Part shown: in pieces, positions 29,575-32,000 of the stretch
How positions within the stretch are numbered: the first letter of the stretch is position 1
Layout: each line of letters opens with the position of its first letter
NCBI RefSeq assembly: GCF_000011465.1
Contig: NC_005072.1
Location: 1,620,001-1,652,000, forward strand
Direction of reading: 5' to 3'
Source of the DNA: Prochlorococcus marinus subsp. pastoris str. CCMP1986
Lineage (GTDB): Bacteria; Cyanobacteriota; Cyanobacteriia; PCC-6307; Cyanobiaceae
DNA length: 32,000 nucleotides
Position numbers and translations under genes: made by a program
The notes under the pieces: model-generated
Told to the model about the DNA's origin: nothing
Seen by the model: the letters and a program-made list of their open reading frames with translations, nothing else
Database searches by the model: none

Positions 29575-32000
29575 TTAATTTAAAGCTTCTTTTAAATATT
29601 TAGCTGTATAACTTATTGGATGCTTCGCAACATCTTCAGGTGTACCCTCAACTATAACTTCTCCACCTTTATCACCTCCATCAGGTCCAAGATCAATTAT
29701 CCAGTCTGAACATCTAATAACGTCCAAATTATGCTCAATGACAACTACGGAATTACCTTTATCTACTAAACGTTGAATAACATCCATTAATTTATGAACA
29801 TCATAAAAGCTTAACCCAGTTGTTGGCTCATCAATTAAATATAAAGTTTTTCCAGTAGCTCTTTTAGATAATTCAGTTGCTAATTTTACTCTTTGTGCTT
29901 CGCCGCCAGATAGTGTTGGAGCTGGCTGGCCCAACTTCACGTAACCAAGACCTACATCAACTAATGTAGATAATCTATCAGCTGCTTGAGGGATCGCGGA
30001 AAAAGTTTCTGCAGCCTGCTCAACAGTCATTTCTAAAACATCAGAAATATTAAAGCCTTTGTATTTAACTTGAAGAGTTTCTCTATTAAAACGAGCTCCC
30101 TTACATACATCGCATTGAACATAGACATCGGGTAAAAAATTCATTTCAATTACATTTACTCCTTGTCCTCGACAAGCTTCACATCTACCTCCTTTTACAT
30201 TAAAGCTGAATTGCCCAGCTTGATAACCTCTGGCTTTAGCTTCTACAGTCGCAGTAAATAACTGTCTAATTGGATCAAAAGCCCCTGTATAAGTTGCAGG
30301 GTTTGATCTAGGAGTTCTTCCAATAGGAGATTGATCAATAACAATTACCTTATCTATAGCTTTTATCCCTTTTAACTCTTTAACACCTTTAGGGAAAGGT
30401 ACTTTTAAACCAAGAGAATGACTAAGCGCAGGATGTAATAATTCATTAACTAATGTACTTTTTCCACTTCCACTCACTCCGGTTACGGAAACTAATCTGC
30501 CCAAAGGAAATTCAACTGATATATCTTTTAAATTATTTTTAACGCAGTTATTTAAAATTAAACTTTTCTTGACTGAAGATCTACGTTCTTTAGGAGTAGG
30601 AATCGATTTTCTTCCACTGAGATATGCTCCAGTTAATGACTTCTTTGAATTTAAAACATCTTCAAATGAACCTTTTGCAATAATTTCCCCTCCATAAACT
30701 CCTGCACCTGGTCCAATATCCACTAAGTAATCAGCTGATTTCATAGTATCTTCATCATGTTCAACAACAACAAGAGTATTTCCCAAATCTCTGAGATTTT
30801 TTAAAGTTTCCAGTAATTTATCATTATCTCTTTGGTGTAAACCAATACTAGGTTCATCCAATACATATAAAACACCAGTTAAGCCAGCTCCAATTTGAGT
30901 TGCTAATCTTATACGTTGTGCTTCTCCTCCTGATAAAGTCATTGCTGGTCTATCTAAAGTTAAATAATCTAAACCGACATTAATAAGAAACTTTAAACGC
31001 AGGCGAATTTCTTTTAAAACTAGTTCACCTATTTGTTTTTGTTTCTCGGATAAAGAAATATTTTCTTTTATATTTTTACTTAACCCCATTATTTTCTCGA
31101 TATTAAATAAAGTTTCTGAGATACTTATAGAGGTCAAATCAGTAATACTGTAAGGCCCAATCTTAACGGCAAGTGCTTCTGGTTTTAATCTTTTACCAGA
31201 ACATGTTTTACAAGGGACTAATTCTAAATATTTTTCAAGCTTTTGCTTGACTGATTCTCCATTAGTTTCGGTTAATTGCCTTTCTAAAATAGGCAAGATT
31301 CCTTCAAAAGGTCTTTCGAAACCACTAGTACCCTTAAAACGACTATCAGCTTGAATTACGATTGGCTTATCAGAACCAGAAAGTAAAACATTTTTTTGTA
31401 AATCACTCAAATCTTTCCATGGTGTTTTTAATTCAAAACCATAAGCTTGGCCAACTGAATAAAGTAATGAAAAATAATAAGTATTATCTTTTTCACTCCA
31501 AGGAGCTATGGCAGCATAAACAGGTAAAGAAGGGTCAGGTATTACTCTATCTGCAGTAAATTTTTTTAAATATCCAATACCATGGCAATCAGGGCAGGCA
31601 CCGTAGGGACTGTTAAAAGAAAATAGTCTTGGAGACAACTCTTCGACAATAGATCCATGAATTGGACATGCATAATTCTCTGAATATAACTTTTCTTTAT
31701 CTAGATTCGGAGGTAGAGTTTCGCCTTTTTTTGGAACAACTTCTACGATAGAGAGTCCATCCCCTCTTTTAAGGCAAGTTTGTAAAGAGTCATTCAATCT
31801 TTCCTGAATTCCCTCTCTCGCAATCAATCGATCAACTACTACCTCAATATTATGAGTATGGTTTTTGTCTAGTTCAATACTATCTGCAAGTTCCCTTACC
31901 TCACCATTAATTCTTACTCGAGCAAAGCCTTCTGCTGCTAATCCACTAAGTAATTTTGCATGAGTTCCTTTTTTACCCCTCACAACAGGTGCAAGTAATT
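29575..32000 (-). CDS. uvrA: Excinuclease ABC subunit A, N-terminus beyond the window edge
   Basis: The frame stays open to position 32000; the 'M' at 31983 in the track is not the real start. Two ABC signatures 'LSGGEAQR' are present, with Walker A 'GVSGSGKST' and Zn-finger cysteines 'CPDCHGIG' and 'CEACRGQG...CDVCKG'. About 808 of an expected 950 or more residues are present. Confidence 0.97.
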   Translation of the reverse strand, partial: LLAPVVRGKKGTHAKLLSGLAAEGFARVRINGEVRELADSIELDKNHTHNIEVVVDRLIAREGIQERLNDSLQTCLKRGDGLSIVEVVPKKGETLPPNLDKEKLYSENYACPIHGSIVEELSPRLFSFNSPYGACPDCHGIGYLKKFTADRVIPDPSLPVYAAIAPWSEKDNTYYFSLLYSVGQAYGFELKTPWKDLSDLQKNVLLSGSDKPIVIQADSRFKGTSGFERPFEGILPILERQLTETNGESVKQKLEKYLELVPCKTCSGKRLKPEALAVKIGPYSITDLTSISISETLFNIEKIMGLSKNIKENISLSEKQKQIGELVLKEIRLRLKFLINVGLDYLTLDRPAMTLSGGEAQRIRLATQIGAGLTGVLYVLDEPSIGLHQRDNDKLLETLKNLRDLGNTLVVVEHDEDTMKSADYLVDIGPGAGVYGGEIIAKGSFEDVLNSKKSLTGAYLSGRKSIPTPKERRSSVKKSLILNNCVKNNLKDISVEFPLGRLVSVTGVSGSGKSTLVNELLHPALSHSLGLKVPFPKGVKELKGIKAIDKVIVIDQSPIGRTPRSNPATYTGAFDPIRQLFTATVEAKARGYQAGQFSFNVKGGRCEACRGQGVNVIEMNFLPDVYVQCDVCKGARFNRETLQVKYKGFNISDVLEMTVEQAAETFSAIPQAADRLSTLVDVGLGYVKLGQPAPTLSGGEAQRVKLATELSKRATGKTLYLIDEPTTGLSFYDVHKLMDVIQRLVDKGNSVVVIEHNLDVIRCSDWIIDLGPDGGDKGGEVIVEGTPEDVAKHPISYTAKYLKEALN

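Overview
This is an AT-rich window (roughly 30% G+C by eye) and very compact: by the ORF coordinates only about 1.2 kb of 32 kb lies outside predicted CDSs. I count 26 complete protein-coding genes plus two genes cut by the window edges. Gene content and order look like conserved core chromosome of a high-light-adapted Prochlorococcus marinus-type picocyanobacterium; that assignment is inferred from AT-richness, compaction, protein sequences and remembered synteny. The order is ureohydrolase 3' end, gcvT, aspS, pyrG, queE, queC, pabB, pabC, cobA(-), MFS transporter, ppk, group-2 sigma factor, polyprenol-kinase-like membrane protein, aroG(-), acnB, ClC channel, purU(-), FAD oxidoreductase, dnaK(-), aroE, rpsF, argG(-), small membrane ORF(-), DUF3134-like ORF, mraY, 87-aa ORF, sps(-), uvrA(-, truncated). 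I see no rRNA, tRNA, CRISPR array, transposase or integrase, prophage remnant, toxin-antitoxin pair or defence-island-like gene. I do not find a convincing undescribed multi-gene system; this reads as ordinary housekeeping DNA. The points worth a second look are small-scale. (1) An 85-nt tail-to-tail coding overlap between an 87-aa ORF and sps. (2) Five further convergent gene pairs, from a 4-nt overlap to a 9-nt gap, with no room for terminators. (3) A perfect 12-bp stem-loop between a small membrane ORF and the strong GGAGG ribosome-binding site of argG. (4) A GC-rich palindromic patch in the dnaK/aroE divergent spacer. (5) Two unusually long (~200 nt) spacers, upstream of the sigma factor and of sps. 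(6) A low-complexity C-terminal tail on ribosomal protein S6. (7) Start/stop overlaps linking queC-pabB-pabC and DUF3134-mraY. (8) Several genes that need TTG or GTG starts. All functional calls come from motifs read in the supplied translations; no searches were run.
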